Of a stretch of 64,000 nucleotides of DNA, positions 39,201 to 48,164 are shown one piece after another. This stretch comes from an uncultured Thermoplasmata archaeon (lineage in GTDB: Archaea; Thermoplasmatota; Thermoplasmata; Lutacidiplasmatales; UBA184). Under the pieces are notes generated by a model. That model was not told the DNA's origin. It worked only from the letters and a program-made list of their open reading frames with translations, and ran no database searches. The position numbers and the translations under genes were made by a program. Within the stretch, counting starts at the first letter, position 1; the number at the start of each line of letters is the position of its first letter. Where the stretch lies: assembly GCA_963735185.1 (NCBI GenBank), contig CAVTJV010000007.1:872651-936650 (forward strand). Reading direction: 5' to 3'.

Positions 39201-39635
39201 CTCGTGCTGAACGCTCACTTCCTTCCCGACGTGATGGGGAACCTGCGGAGCTTCGGAACGCAGAAGTTCCGGTGTACGCAGTGCGCCATGTCCTACCGCC
39301 GGCCGCCCCTATCGGGCCGGTGCGTCGCGCCGCGCTCCGGGGGGCGGTGCGACGGAGAGCTCCTCTCGACCGTCTACGAGGCGTCGGTGCGCAAGTACCT
39401 CCCGCTCGCGCAGCGTCTCGGTTCGATGGAGGGGATCACTCCGTACGTCCGGCAGCGCATCCAGCTCATCGCCGACTCGGTCGCTACGCTCTTCCCCGGG
39501 GCGATCTCCCAGACGACGCTCGACCGGTTCCGACCCGAGACCGGCGCCCCGTCCACCGGCGAGGACCGCCCGTCGGTTCTCGGTCCGTCGGACCCATCGG
39601 CCACCGGCGACGGGGAGCTCGGAACGTCCAAATAG
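36231..39635 (+). CDS. polC: DNA polymerase II (PolD) large subunit DP2
   Basis: N-terminus MESYFRSVETEVDRAYAVAEQARHSGYDP matches DP2, 1134 aa, C-terminal Zn-binding cysteines, no intein. Confidence 0.95.
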   Translation: MESYFRSVETEVDRAYAVAEQARHSGYDPEVVPEIPRAQDMAMRVEKLLSHLGIEGISTEIRALSATMPREEVALTIARRIARDPARGDSVAVRVDAALRVGLAILTEGILVAPLEGLAEVHVHEDREHGPYIELYYAGPIRAAGGTAQALSVLLADVVRRDLGLAAFHPDPGEVGRYKEEIPLYKYHQHLQYVPTPEEIDLVVRHVPVAISGEATEGDAEVSAFRNLPRVPTNGIRGGACLVIAEGLCQKAAKLRKIVEKLGLDGWEFLSEVGHNTADEEEARTPKYLQDSVGGRPVLAHPNHPGGFRLVYGRARTTGLAACAINPATMVLLQNFVAIGTQVKLEYPGKATAMGVCDTIEGPIVELDDGTVTAVHDLARAEELRSHVRRIIDLGEILVSFGEFLENNRPLVPAGYSLDWHLEELRAVGATEAEGIAVTTYEDAVRISQTYRVPLHPRWLLFWHDLTPAEVRALGEFVERSGQWVDGALVLPADPLWREALVRLGFLFSPVGGDDLRGEADASAALVGGLGLAPEGELLVRRTPLDPVEEDTLAYVSRLAGVPVRARGPSRVGGRVGRPEKAYHRSMQPNVHGLFPVGTAGGAKRSLPVAARQTMREGVKVDLGVRSCPACGRSTVWTRCPCGTHTEPTGRTISEPLPIARLWSDALERLHLGKPPEVKGVKGLTSPGKVPEAIEKGILRASHAISVYQDGTARFDLTDLPLTHFRPAEIGTDIATLQRLGYTRDWSGAPLTDDEQLVELLPQDLIVSRSCGTYLTRLAQFVDDELVRLYDGEPFYRADRPEQLVGQVVVALAPHTSGGVAGRLLGFTNAEACFAHPVFHAAKRRNCDGDEDSVTLLLDALLNFSRSYLPDSRGALMDKPLVLTTRLETTEVDKEAHNVDVSSHYPLALYRAAAERRDPKEVEQLLDLVGHRLGSARSLSGYGFTHDTHRIAGGPSRSAYREGRPMAELVERSIVLASQIRAVDLAEAVTLVLNAHFLPDVMGNLRSFGTQKFRCTQCAMSYRRPPLSGRCVAPRSGGRCDGELLSTVYEASVRKYLPLAQRLGSMEGITPYVRQRIQLIADSVATLFPGAISQTTLDRFRPETGAPSTGEDRPSVLGPSDPSATGDGELGTSK

Positions 39636-39658
39636 CCGGCGTCCCGTGGAAGGACGGC

Positions 39659-39759
39659 GGGCTTGTGGGGTAGCCTGGACTATCCTGCTGGCCTTCGAAG
39701 CCAGCGACCTGGGTTCGAAATCGCGGAGCTCTACCGCGGCGAAACTCCCAGCAAGCCCG
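39659..39759 (+). tRNA. tRNA-Arg (anticodon UCG) with a probable 26-nt intron in the T-loop (non-canonical position)
   Basis: Acceptor GGGCUUG/CAAGCCC (7 bp), D-arm with AGCCUGGA-type loop, anticodon stem CUGGC/GCCAG with loop CUUCGAA. T-stem CUGGG...CCCAG. Removing 39720-39745 restores the T-loop UUCGAAU and gives a 75-nt mature tRNA. TATA-like aaatag 27 nt upstream. Confidence 0.55.
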
Positions 39760-39778
39760 TCTCCCGCCCCGGTGCGGG

Positions 39779-40079
39779 CTAGCCGAAGTACCCGGGGGAT
39801 TGCGGAGGCGCGCTCCGCTTCTCCTCGTCGGCCTTGACGGCTTCCAGGATATCGACCGCCAGGATCGCCGGAACCGGAACGAGGCGGACCCGTCCCTTCT
39901 CGTCCTCGCCCGGCCCGTCGAGCTCGATGGCGAGGGTGTTGTCGCCTCCGATCGAGACGAGCCCCCGGAACGTGCCGGTCGATACGATCGCTTCCTTCTC
40001 GGTGCCGGCGGACCGGACCGTGACCTTCGAGCCCGGAGTCAGGGCGATCGCCGGCCGCTTCGCCGCGCCGGCCGGCTCG
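39779..40079 (-). CDS. hypothetical 100-aa beta-rich protein (possible small barrel/RNA-binding fold)
   Basis: Clean ORF; its ATG abuts the stop of the upstream regulator gene. Only the C-terminal 100 aa of the 279-aa track ORF look coding. Confidence 0.5.
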
Positions 40080-40080
40080 C

Positions 40081-40602
40081 TCATCGGCCCCCTCCGCGGT
40101 CTCGCGCAGCGGCCCGGGGCGCGGGGGCGACCTTCGGCGGTGTCTCGAGCGCCTTCTTCTCGACCAACGTCTGCAAGTGATTCACCGTCTCCCGATATCG
40201 GCGGAGGGCATTCTGCGCGTTCGCTTCCGTGAAGTCCCAGGCGCGGGCCAGGTTGCCGTATCGAAGCCGGTACCCTTTTCGCCCCTTCCCGTCGGTGGCC
40301 CCTCCCACCTCCTCGAGCAGGTCGAGCGCCTTGAGCTTGTTGACATGACGGTACACCGTGGGCTTGGACGTCTTGAGCACCGCCGTCAGCTCGTCCACGT
40401 ACCACGCTCGTGACGGGTCCTTGAGGAGGCAGTCGCGCACCAACCGATAGGCGAGGCTCTGCGCCACCGGTCCTTCGGAGCCGCGACCCTCTTCGCCCTC
40501 CGGCAGGTAGCCGACGAGTCGCAGGAACTCTCGGAGCACCTCGTCCAGGTCGGCGATCGGGGTGAGGGGAGTGCTGTAACGCAACGCGAGTTCGAATGGC
40601 AT
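40081..40602 (-). CDS. winged-helix transcriptional regulator
   Basis: VDELTAVLKTSKPTVYRHVNKLKALDLLEEV HTH segment. Start at Met36 of the ORF. Confidence 0.6.
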   Translation of the reverse strand: MPFELALRYSTPLTPIADLDEVLREFLRLVGYLPEGEEGRGSEGPVAQSLAYRLVRDCLLKDPSRAWYVDELTAVLKTSKPTVYRHVNKLKALDLLEEVGGATDGKGRKGYRLRYGNLARAWDFTEANAQNALRRYRETVNHLQTLVEKKALETPPKVAPAPRAAARDRGGGR

Positions 40603-40756
40603 GCGGTCCGGTTGCCAAAGCCGCTCATCAGATAAAAAAGAAGGCGTGAGGCCCCCGTCCGCGCCGCGGTGCGACGGGAGCGCACGTCCCCGCGGGCCGG
40701 CCCTCACCCGACCGGGTGGCGCGAGCGCTTAAGCTTCTTTAGCGGTCCCGTCCGGC

Positions 40757-41914
40757 ATGCCGCTCTCCCTCACGGAAGTCCGGGCGCTGCTCGCCTCATA
40801 CCCGTCTCCGCCGGTCGTCGGAACGGTCGGTTCTCACTCGGCGATCGATGTCGCCGACGGAGCGGTCACCGAAGGCCTTTCGAGCCTGGTCCTCGCCCAG
40901 GCCGGTCGAGACGCGACCTACACCCGGTACTTCCGGTCGGTACGGGCCCCCGACGGAACGCGGATGCGTGGGTGCGTGGACGACGTCTGGACGTTCTCGA
41001 AGTTCGCGGACATCGTCTCCCCCGCGGCCCAGGAGCGCCTGCGTTCGGCGGGCGTGGTGATCGTCCCGAACCGAGCGCTCAGCTCCTACGTTTCCCTCTC
41101 CGCGATCGAGGACGACTTCCGGGTGCCGATCGTGGGCTCGCGGTCGATGTTGCGGATCGAGGAACGGAGCGAGCGCGAGAACTACTACACCCTCCTCGAG
41201 CGGGCCGGCATCGCCACCCCGCGCAAGATCCCGACCCCCGACGCGATCGACCGCCTCGCGATCGTGAAGCTGCCCCATGCGACCCGCCGGCTCGAACGCG
41301 GGTTCTTCACTGTCGCCAGTCCGGAGGCGTACCGTGCGAAGGTCGAACGGTTGGTGTCGCGCGGGACGGTCGACCCGGCCGACCTTGCGACGGCGCGGAT
41401 CGAGGAGTACGTGCTCGGCCCGGTGTTCAACTTCAACTTCTTCTTCTCCCCGCTCGCCCCGCGGGAGGACGGGCTCGAGCTGCTCGGGGTCGACGAGCGG
41501 CGCGAGAGCAACCTCGACGGTCTCGTCCGTCTGCCGGCCGCCCAACAGCTCGAGCTCAACGACTCCGACCGGATCCCCGAGTTCACCGTCGTGGGCCACG
41601 GGACGCTCACGGTGCGCGAGTCGATCCTCGAAGAGGTCTTCCGGATGGGAGAGAAGTTCGTCGACGCTGCCCGCTCCCAGTACCCACCGGGGATCATCGG
41701 ACCGTTCTGCCTTCAGACGTGCATCGACCGCAACGGGCATCCGTCGGTCTTCGACGTCGCGGCGCGGATCGGAGGCGGGACGAACGTCCACCTCGCGCTC
41801 GGCCATCCGTACGGGAACGCGCTCTGGCGGACCCCGATGAGCAGTGGCCGTCGGGTCGCGCTCGAGATCCGGCGCGCCTCCGAGCAGGGGCGCCTCGCGG
41901 AGATCGTCACATGA
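40757..41914 (+). CDS. purP: 5-formaminoimidazole-4-carboxamide ribonucleotide synthetase (archaeal PurP, ATP-grasp)
   Basis: N-terminal VGTVGSHSAIDV pattern and ATP-grasp core, about 385 aa as in characterised PurP. Confidence 0.85.
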   Translation: MPLSLTEVRALLASYPSPPVVGTVGSHSAIDVADGAVTEGLSSLVLAQAGRDATYTRYFRSVRAPDGTRMRGCVDDVWTFSKFADIVSPAAQERLRSAGVVIVPNRALSSYVSLSAIEDDFRVPIVGSRSMLRIEERSERENYYTLLERAGIATPRKIPTPDAIDRLAIVKLPHATRRLERGFFTVASPEAYRAKVERLVSRGTVDPADLATARIEEYVLGPVFNFNFFFSPLAPREDGLELLGVDERRESNLDGLVRLPAAQQLELNDSDRIPEFTVVGHGTLTVRESILEEVFRMGEKFVDAARSQYPPGIIGPFCLQTCIDRNGHPSVFDVAARIGGGTNVHLALGHPYGNALWRTPMSSGRRVALEIRRASEQGRLAEIVT

Positions 41915-43095
41915 CCGACCCATCCCCTCCGACCGCCGCCCCGCTGCGCCGCACGGCCCTCTACGACTTCCACCGCCGGCACGGGGCCCATATCGTCCCG
42001 TTCGCCGGCTGGGAGATGCCGCTCTACTACACGAGCATCCTCTCCGAGCATCGCGCGGTCCGGGAGGGGGTCGGTCTCTTCGACGTCTCCCACATGGGGA
42101 TCCTCACGGTCGAAGGGGCCCACGCCGCGGACCTCCTCGGCCGGCGCACGACCGCGAACGTCCCCGCCCTTTCTCCCGAGCAGGTCCGGTACACCTTCCT
42201 GCTCGAGGCGACCGGGTTCATCGTCGACGACCTTCTCGTCAGTCGCATCGACAGCGGCGAGGAGTTGACCCGCTCCTTCCTGGCCGTCCCGAACGCGAGC
42301 CGGGCGGACGAGATCGAGGAGATCCTGCGCCAGCACCGCGGCCCCGACACGACGATCGGTCGGTGGAACGGTCCGGTGGCCCTGCTCGCGGTACAAGGGC
42401 CCAAGTCGCGGTCGGTCCTCGAGTCGCTGTTCCCGTGGGAACTCTCGGGGCTTCCGTTCTATCACGTGCGATTCTTCCCGAAGAAGGACGGCACTGGCCC
42501 GCGGTCCGGCCGCCTCGGGCTGCGGTTCCCCGGCGCCCTCACCGACTACCTGCTGGTGAGCCGGACCGGCTACACGGGAGAGCTCGGGTACGAGGTGTTC
42601 GTCCCCGCCGCGGAGGCCGATGCGCTCGCCGAGCGCCTCCTGGCGGCGGGCGTCGTGCCGGTCGGCCTCGGCGCGCGCGATACCCTCCGCCTCGAGAAGG
42701 GGTATCTCCTCTCGGGGCAGGAGTTCCACCGGGACCACACACCGCTCGAGGCGGGCCAGGAGCGGTTCGTCGACTTCGACCACGTGTTCGTCGGGAGCCC
42801 GACCCTCGAGAAGGAACGCGCCGAGGGCCCGAAGCAGCGGCTCGTGGGGATCGAGGTCGACGAAGCGGACGCGATCCCGCGACACGGCACGCCGATCCGG
42901 TCGGCCGGTAAGCCGGTGACCGAGGCGACGAGCGGGGGCCTCTCCCCGACGCTCGGAAAAGGGATCGCCCTCGCCTACCTCCCGAGCGCCCTCACCGCGC
43001 CCGGAACCGCATTGACCCTCGACATCCGTGGCCGCGAGGTCGCGGGCCGGGTCGTGCCGCTGCCGTTTCTCAAGGCGGCTCGCACGCGTACGTAA
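41911..43095 (+). CDS. gcvT: glycine cleavage system aminomethyltransferase T
   Basis: GcvT folate-binding motifs (LYDFHRRHGAHIVPFAGWEMPLYY, GYTGELGYE). ATGA overlap with the purP stop. Confidence 0.9.
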   Translation: MTDPSPPTAAPLRRTALYDFHRRHGAHIVPFAGWEMPLYYTSILSEHRAVREGVGLFDVSHMGILTVEGAHAADLLGRRTTANVPALSPEQVRYTFLLEATGFIVDDLLVSRIDSGEELTRSFLAVPNASRADEIEEILRQHRGPDTTIGRWNGPVALLAVQGPKSRSVLESLFPWELSGLPFYHVRFFPKKDGTGPRSGRLGLRFPGALTDYLLVSRTGYTGELGYEVFVPAAEADALAERLLAAGVVPVGLGARDTLRLEKGYLLSGQEFHRDHTPLEAGQERFVDFDHVFVGSPTLEKERAEGPKQRLVGIEVDEADAIPRHGTPIRSAGKPVTEATSGGLSPTLGKGIALAYLPSALTAPGTALTLDIRGREVAGRVVPLPFLKAARTRT

Positions 43096-43131
43096 ATACT
43101 CGGTGCGCCCCATCTACTCGGGGCGAGAACG

Positions 43132-45512
43132 ATGGCGGCCGAAGCCGGGTCCGCTCGCCCGTTCGTCGGCCGGGTCGAGACGGTAGAGGCGCTCCACCGT
43201 CGGTTCGAGGACGCACGGGCGGGGACGGGCGGAGTCACCCTCCTCGTGGGGGGCACGGGGGTCGGGAAGTCGGCGCTCGTCGCCGAGCTCGTCCGGGACA
43301 TCCGGGCCCGCGGGGTCCGGGTGCTGCTCGGTCGGGCCCTCGCGCTCGATGACCCGCCCCCGTTCTCGTTGATCCGCTCTGTCATCCAGAGCGCGCACGA
43401 CGACCCGACACTCCAGCCGACCGAGCCCCGGTCGCTCGGCGCCGACCAGTTCCTGATCGGGTTCGCTCCTCGCCTCGGAGAGCCGGCGTTCCCGTCGCCC
43501 ACCGGCATGGAGGAGCGCCTGCTCGAGGTACTCGGTGAGACCGACGAGCGCGGCGAATCCTCCCGGGAGCGGGTCTTGACCGGGATCGCCGAGCAGTTCC
43601 TCGAGTTCACCCGCCACGGGCCCACGGTGCTCGTTCTCGAGGACCTGCACCGCGCGGACGAGTCGTCGCTCGCGGCGGTCGAATTCCTCGCGAACCAGCT
43701 GCAGAACCGGCCCCTCTGGGTCTTGGCGACCAGCCGCCCGTACGGGTCCCTCACGGAATCGGGCCGCGCCCGGCTCGAGGGGTTCGAGAGCGCCACCCGC
43801 GCTCGACGGATCCTCCTCCGCCCGATGACGTCGGGAGAGGTCGCCGACTACCTGCGGATGACCGACCCATCCCGGGAGTACTCCCCCGAGGAGGTCGCGC
43901 GACGCTACTCCGAGACCGGTGGGAACCCGCTCCTCCTCCAGCAGCTCGACCGTCGGATCTCGGTCTCCGAGCCCGGGGGCCGCCGGAGGCCCCCCTTCCA
44001 CCGCTCGACGAGGAAGCCCATCGCACGCTCGACGTTGCGGCGGTGCTAGGGCCCGAGTTCCCGTTCGCCATTCTCCTGCGCGCGAGCGGCGAGGACGAGG
44101 AACGCCTCGCGGAGGCCGTCGACCGTCTGGTCGGACAAGGGCTCCTCTACGAGCGACCGGGAGAGCTTCTCGCCTTCCCCGAAGACCGGCTCCGCGAGGA
44201 GGCGTACGGGCGCCTCACCGAGAGCCGCCGTCGCCTCCTTCACCGGCGGGCCGGCGAGGCCCTCGAGGCGATGGGGAGCGCGGACCTCACGACGATCTAC
44301 GCCCTCGCGCGGCACTTCTACTTGGGCCGCCAGGATGAGAAATCGGTCCAGTACAACCGGATCGCGGCGGAGATCGCCGACCGGGCGTTCGCGCCCGATG
44401 TCGCCCGCGACCACCTCGCCCGAGCGCTCGAGAGCCAGCGCGACCTGAACCCGGACGACCGCGATGGGGAGTCGGAGCTCGTGCTCGAGCTCGCGCGAAC
44501 GACCAACGAGCTCGGCCGCCTGCAGGAGGCGGAGGGGATCCTCCGCGACTTCCTCGACCGGGAGAAGAACGACCCCCGCCTCTCCCCACGCAGTCGGGCG
44601 ACCCTTGAGATCTACCTCGCCCGGGTCCTGAGCGACCGAGGGGACTGGCGCGCCGCCTCCGAGGTCGCAGAGAAGGTGCTCACCTCCCCGGGGCTCGAAG
44701 GCCAGCTGCTCGTCCAGCTCGGGGCCCACCGGCTGCTCGGCGAGGCGCTCTTCTACGAAGCGCGCTACCCGGAGGCCCTCGCCCAGCACGCCGAGGAGAT
44801 CCGGCTCGCGCGCGAGGCCGGCAACGAGCGCGCGACCGCGCTCGGCCAGGCCCGACACGCGGGCGTCCTCATGATGATGAGCCAGGCGGAGCCGGCGCTC
44901 ATCGAAGCGCGCGAGGCGGCAGCCACGCTGGAACGCGTGGGACCCGCCCGGGAATCGGCCCAGGCGCACCTCTTCCTCGGGGTCCTCATCACGAGCATCC
45001 CCGCCGAGACCCCCCGTCATGCGGAGGCGATCGCGGAGTTCGCGGAGGCGACCCGCCTCGCCGAGAAGGCGCAGGACCCCCGTCGCATGGGCTGGGCCCT
45101 GTTCAACACCGCGGACATCCTGCGGGACGCCGGCCAGTTCGAGGAAGCGACCGAGAAGGCAGAGCGCGCCCGGGAGATCCTCGAACGGATCGGGGACCGG
45201 TTCGGTCTCATCCAGTCGATCATCGTGCGGGGGAAGATCGCAATCGACCGGGGCGAGTACGACCTCGCGGAAGCCGACCTGCTCGAGGCGTACCGTCTGG
45301 TCCGGGACCTGAACGCCCCGGCGGACGAGGTCGACGTGGTCCTTCGGCTCGCCCAGCTCTCCTATGCGCGAGGGGACCGCGCGAGCGCCCGCCGCCGCGT
45401 CGCCGAGCTCGAGCGCCGCAACCTCCCCGCGCTCCGCCCCGACGTCACGGAGGATTTCGACCGCCTGCGCCACGCGCTCGCCACGGGGGAGGGCGAGGCC
45501 GACGTCCCCTGA
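43132..45512 (+). CDS. STAND-class NTPase (AAA_16 P-loop) fused to TPR repeats, interrupted by a frameshift near 43975-43990
   Basis: Walker A GGTGVGKS, Walker B VLVLEDLH, RPLWVLATSRP. The C-terminal ORF (44043..45512) begins mid-domain (AAVLGPEFPFAILL) and reading frame +1 across 43975-43990 supplies PLDEEAHRTLDV. TPR-like repeats follow. The shift falls in G/C homopolymers. Confidence 0.75.
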
Positions 45513-46386
45513 ACACCCCTCGGCCGACCCGGAGGCCCTCGCCCGTCGGGCCCTTCGGGAGGACCGTGCGTCCCACGACCGCACGACCCGTCTGCTCCTC
45601 GTCCACTCGGTCCCGGCGGAAGCCCGCGTCGTCGCGCAGGCGCGCGGCATCCTGTCGGGGATGGCGGTCGCGCGGGCGACCGCCCGAGCCCAGGACCTCA
45701 CGGTCCTCATGGCCGCTCGGGACGGGACCCCGGTCCATCCGGGCACCGTCGTCCTCCGCCTCCGGGGGGACGCGCGGCGGATCCTGGCCGCGGAGCGCAC
45801 GATCCTCAATTTCCTCATGCACGCGAGCGGGGTCGCGACCGAGACCCGCCGCGCGGTCGAGGGGACGCGAGGGGCCCGGCGACCGCTCGAGGTCTGGGCC
45901 ACGCGGAAGACGCTGCCCGGCCTCCGAGACCTCGAGAAAGCGGCGGTCGTCCACGGGGGCGGACACCCGCACCGGCGGGACCTCTCGGACGCCGTCCTCA
46001 TCAAGAACAACCATCTCGCGCTCGTTTCGCTCCCGAACGCGGTGGCGCGGGCTCGCGCTCGGGCGCGGCCCGGGGAGTCGGTCGAGGTGGAGGTTCGGAC
46101 CGCCGCCCAGGCGGTCACGGCGGCGCGCGCGGGGGCGGACGCGCTGCTCCTCGACAACGTCTCCCCCCGACGGGCCCGCGAGATCGTGCGGACGCTCGAG
46201 CGCCAGGAGCTTCGACGCGGGCGGTGGGTCGAGCTCTCGGGCGGGATCACGCCCGAGCGGGTCCGCCTCTACCGGTCGGTGGGGGCGGACGCGGTCAGCT
46301 TGGGAGGACTCACGCATTCGGCGCCGGCCCTCCCGTTCCACCTCCTTCTCCGCCCCACCCCTCCCTTAAGACGCCGCGCGGTCTAG
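45364..46386 (+). CDS. nadC: nicotinate-nucleotide pyrophosphorylase (carboxylating), start uncertain
   Basis: QPRTase core from about 45520 (ALREDRASHDRTT...GGGHPHRRDLSDAVLIKNNH). The only in-frame ATG is 45364, overlapping the STAND gene by about 150 nt. Confidence 0.7.
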   Translation: MREGTARAPAAASPSSSAATSPRSAPTSRRISTACATRSPRGRARPTSPEHPSADPEALARRALREDRASHDRTTRLLLVHSVPAEARVVAQARGILSGMAVARATARAQDLTVLMAARDGTPVHPGTVVLRLRGDARRILAAERTILNFLMHASGVATETRRAVEGTRGARRPLEVWATRKTLPGLRDLEKAAVVHGGGHPHRRDLSDAVLIKNNHLALVSLPNAVARARARARPGESVEVEVRTAAQAVTAARAGADALLLDNVSPRRAREIVRTLERQELRRGRWVELSGGITPERVRLYRSVGADAVSLGGLTHSAPALPFHLLLRPTPPLRRRAV

Positions 46387-46401
46387 AAATCCCGAAGGTC
46401 G

Positions 46402-47307
46402 ATGAGCCTAGCCGAGGAGATTCTCCGCCTCAAGGAGGAACGGAACGCGGTACTGCTCGCCCACAACTACCAGCGTCCGGAGGTCCAGGACATCGCCGAT
46501 TTCGTCGGCGACTCGCTCTACCTCTCCCGGAAGGCGATGGAGTCCGACCGTTCGGTCATCGTGTTCGCGGGGGTCCGGTTCATGGCCGAGACCGCGAAGA
46601 TACTGAACCCCAGCCGTACCGTGCTGCTCCCCGACCTGAAGGCCGGTTGCGGCCTCGCCGACTCGATCACTGCGGAGCAGCTTCGGACCTGGAAGAAGGC
46701 GCACCCGGGCGCGGTGGTGGTGGCGTATATCAACACCTCGGCCGACGTGAAGGCGGAGGCCGACATCTGCTGCACGAGCTCGAACGCCGTGAAGGTCGTG
46801 GAACAGGTCCCTCCGGGCCGGGAGATCCTCTTCCTCCCTGACATGTTCCTCGGGGACTACGTGCGTCGCCGCACCGGCCGGGCGATGCACCTGTGGGTCG
46901 GGGACTGCCCCGTCCACGCGAAGCTCCGTCCCGAGGACCTAGCGCGCGCCCGCGCGGAGCACCCTCACGCGCCGGTGATCGCCCACCCCGAGTGCGGATG
47001 TGCGACCCAGGCAATGGGGCACGTCGACCAGATCCTCTCGACGGACGGGATGGTGCGGTTCGCAGAGGAGACGCACGCGCCCGAAGTCCTCGTGGCGACC
47101 GAGGTCGGGATCTTGCACCGGATGTCGAAGCTGAACGCGACGACCCGGTTCACTCCGATCGACGCGGGCGCGGTCTGCCCGTACATGAAGGAGATCTCGC
47201 TCGAGGACGTGCGGGACTCGCTCGCGCTCGGCCAATACCGCATCGAGGTGCCCAGCGAGACGGCGGCGAAGGCCCGCGTCGCGCTCGAACGGATGGTCGC
47301 GGCCTGA
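46402..47307 (+). CDS. nadA: quinolinate synthase A
   Basis: NadA three-repeat fold with Fe-S cysteines (CGL...CTSS...CGCA). Confidence 0.9.
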   Translation: MSLAEEILRLKEERNAVLLAHNYQRPEVQDIADFVGDSLYLSRKAMESDRSVIVFAGVRFMAETAKILNPSRTVLLPDLKAGCGLADSITAEQLRTWKKAHPGAVVVAYINTSADVKAEADICCTSSNAVKVVEQVPPGREILFLPDMFLGDYVRRRTGRAMHLWVGDCPVHAKLRPEDLARARAEHPHAPVIAHPECGCATQAMGHVDQILSTDGMVRFAEETHAPEVLVATEVGILHRMSKLNATTRFTPIDAGAVCPYMKEISLEDVRDSLALGQYRIEVPSETAAKARVALERMVAA

Positions 47308-47337
47308 CCGTGCGCCTTCGTTCGTTCGTGAGTTAGT

Positions 47338-47703
47338 TCAGAACGTCGGGAAGATCGGCGCGAACCCGTGCACGTAGAGCTCGAACGCCGCCGCGAGGAG
47401 CCCGAACGCCGACAGGAAGACGACCCCGATCGCCAGCCAGGACGGTTTGCGCGTCAGGTAGAAGTGCGGGCTGAGCGGGTTCAGGCGGGTCGATAGGAAC
47501 GACGTCCCCGAGAAGAACAGGACGACGCCCAGGAGCGCCGTGAGCAGGACCGTGTAGTGACTCAGGTAGAGGCCCACCAGCACGAGCACGAGCGCGACGG
47601 GGATCGCCGCGTGGGAACGTTTCGTCTCGGTCTCCGCCGCCCGGTCCGGCGGAGGGTGGGTAGGGCGGCGGTAGGCCGGTGGATACGCCCGGGCGTTGGA
47701 CAC
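47338..47703 (-). CDS. small integral membrane protein (3 predicted TMs), hypothetical
   Basis: Three hydrophobic stretches after a polar N-terminus. Confidence 0.55.
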   Translation of the reverse strand: MSNARAYPPAYRRPTHPPPDRAAETETKRSHAAIPVALVLVLVGLYLSHYTVLLTALLGVVLFFSGTSFLSTRLNPLSPHFYLTRKPSWLAIGVVFLSAFGLLAAAFELYVHGFAPIFPTF

Positions 47704-47909
47704 GTTTAGGAGGGGTCGGTCGGTCCTAGATGAACCCCACCCTCCAACGGAAACCGCTTCCGGTTGGACCTAGAGATAAAAAGGGGGAGACCCCCTCTGC
47801 CGGTTCGGTGAACGAGAACCCCCCGCGGCGTCCTGCCCCGTCTAACCCCGCCCGGCCCACGGCGCCGGTCTCGGGTTCGCGTCGCCTACCGGAGCCACCG
47901 GCGCTTCGG

Positions 47910-48164
47910 ATGAACCCGCTCGCGCGCGCCCGGGCCTGCTCGAGCTGCGCCGCCCCGATCGGGGGTGCCTCGACCCCGCCCCGCTGCTGGGGGTGCGGCC
48001 GTCCCCTATGCGCCGATTGCTACTGGCGGCACGGGTTGACGCCGACCGCGCACCGCTGTACGAGCTGCCTCATGAAGTCGAACGCTTCCTCGCGGACCTC
48101 GATCTCGGGGGGCCGTTCGACTCCCGCTTCTGGTCCGGGGTCGGCCCGGACCATGTGGTACTGA
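47910..48164 (+). CDS. possible small zinc-ribbon protein (4 C-x2-C pairs)
   Basis: ACSSC-x13-CWGC-x5-CADC-x14-CTSC with coding-like GC3, in the gap between the membrane protein and polX. The tail overlaps the polX low-complexity C-terminal extension. Confidence 0.4.
   Translation: MNPLARARACSSCAAPIGGASTPPRCWGCGRPLCADCYWRHGLTPTAHRCTSCLMKSNASSRTSISGGRSTPASGPGSARTMWY

Noticed and set aside
35364-39218. 1284-aa minus-strand ORF
   Set aside because: Exactly antisense to the unambiguous PolD DP2 gene; R/G/P/D-rich composition with C-rich codon position 1. A GC-driven open antisense frame.
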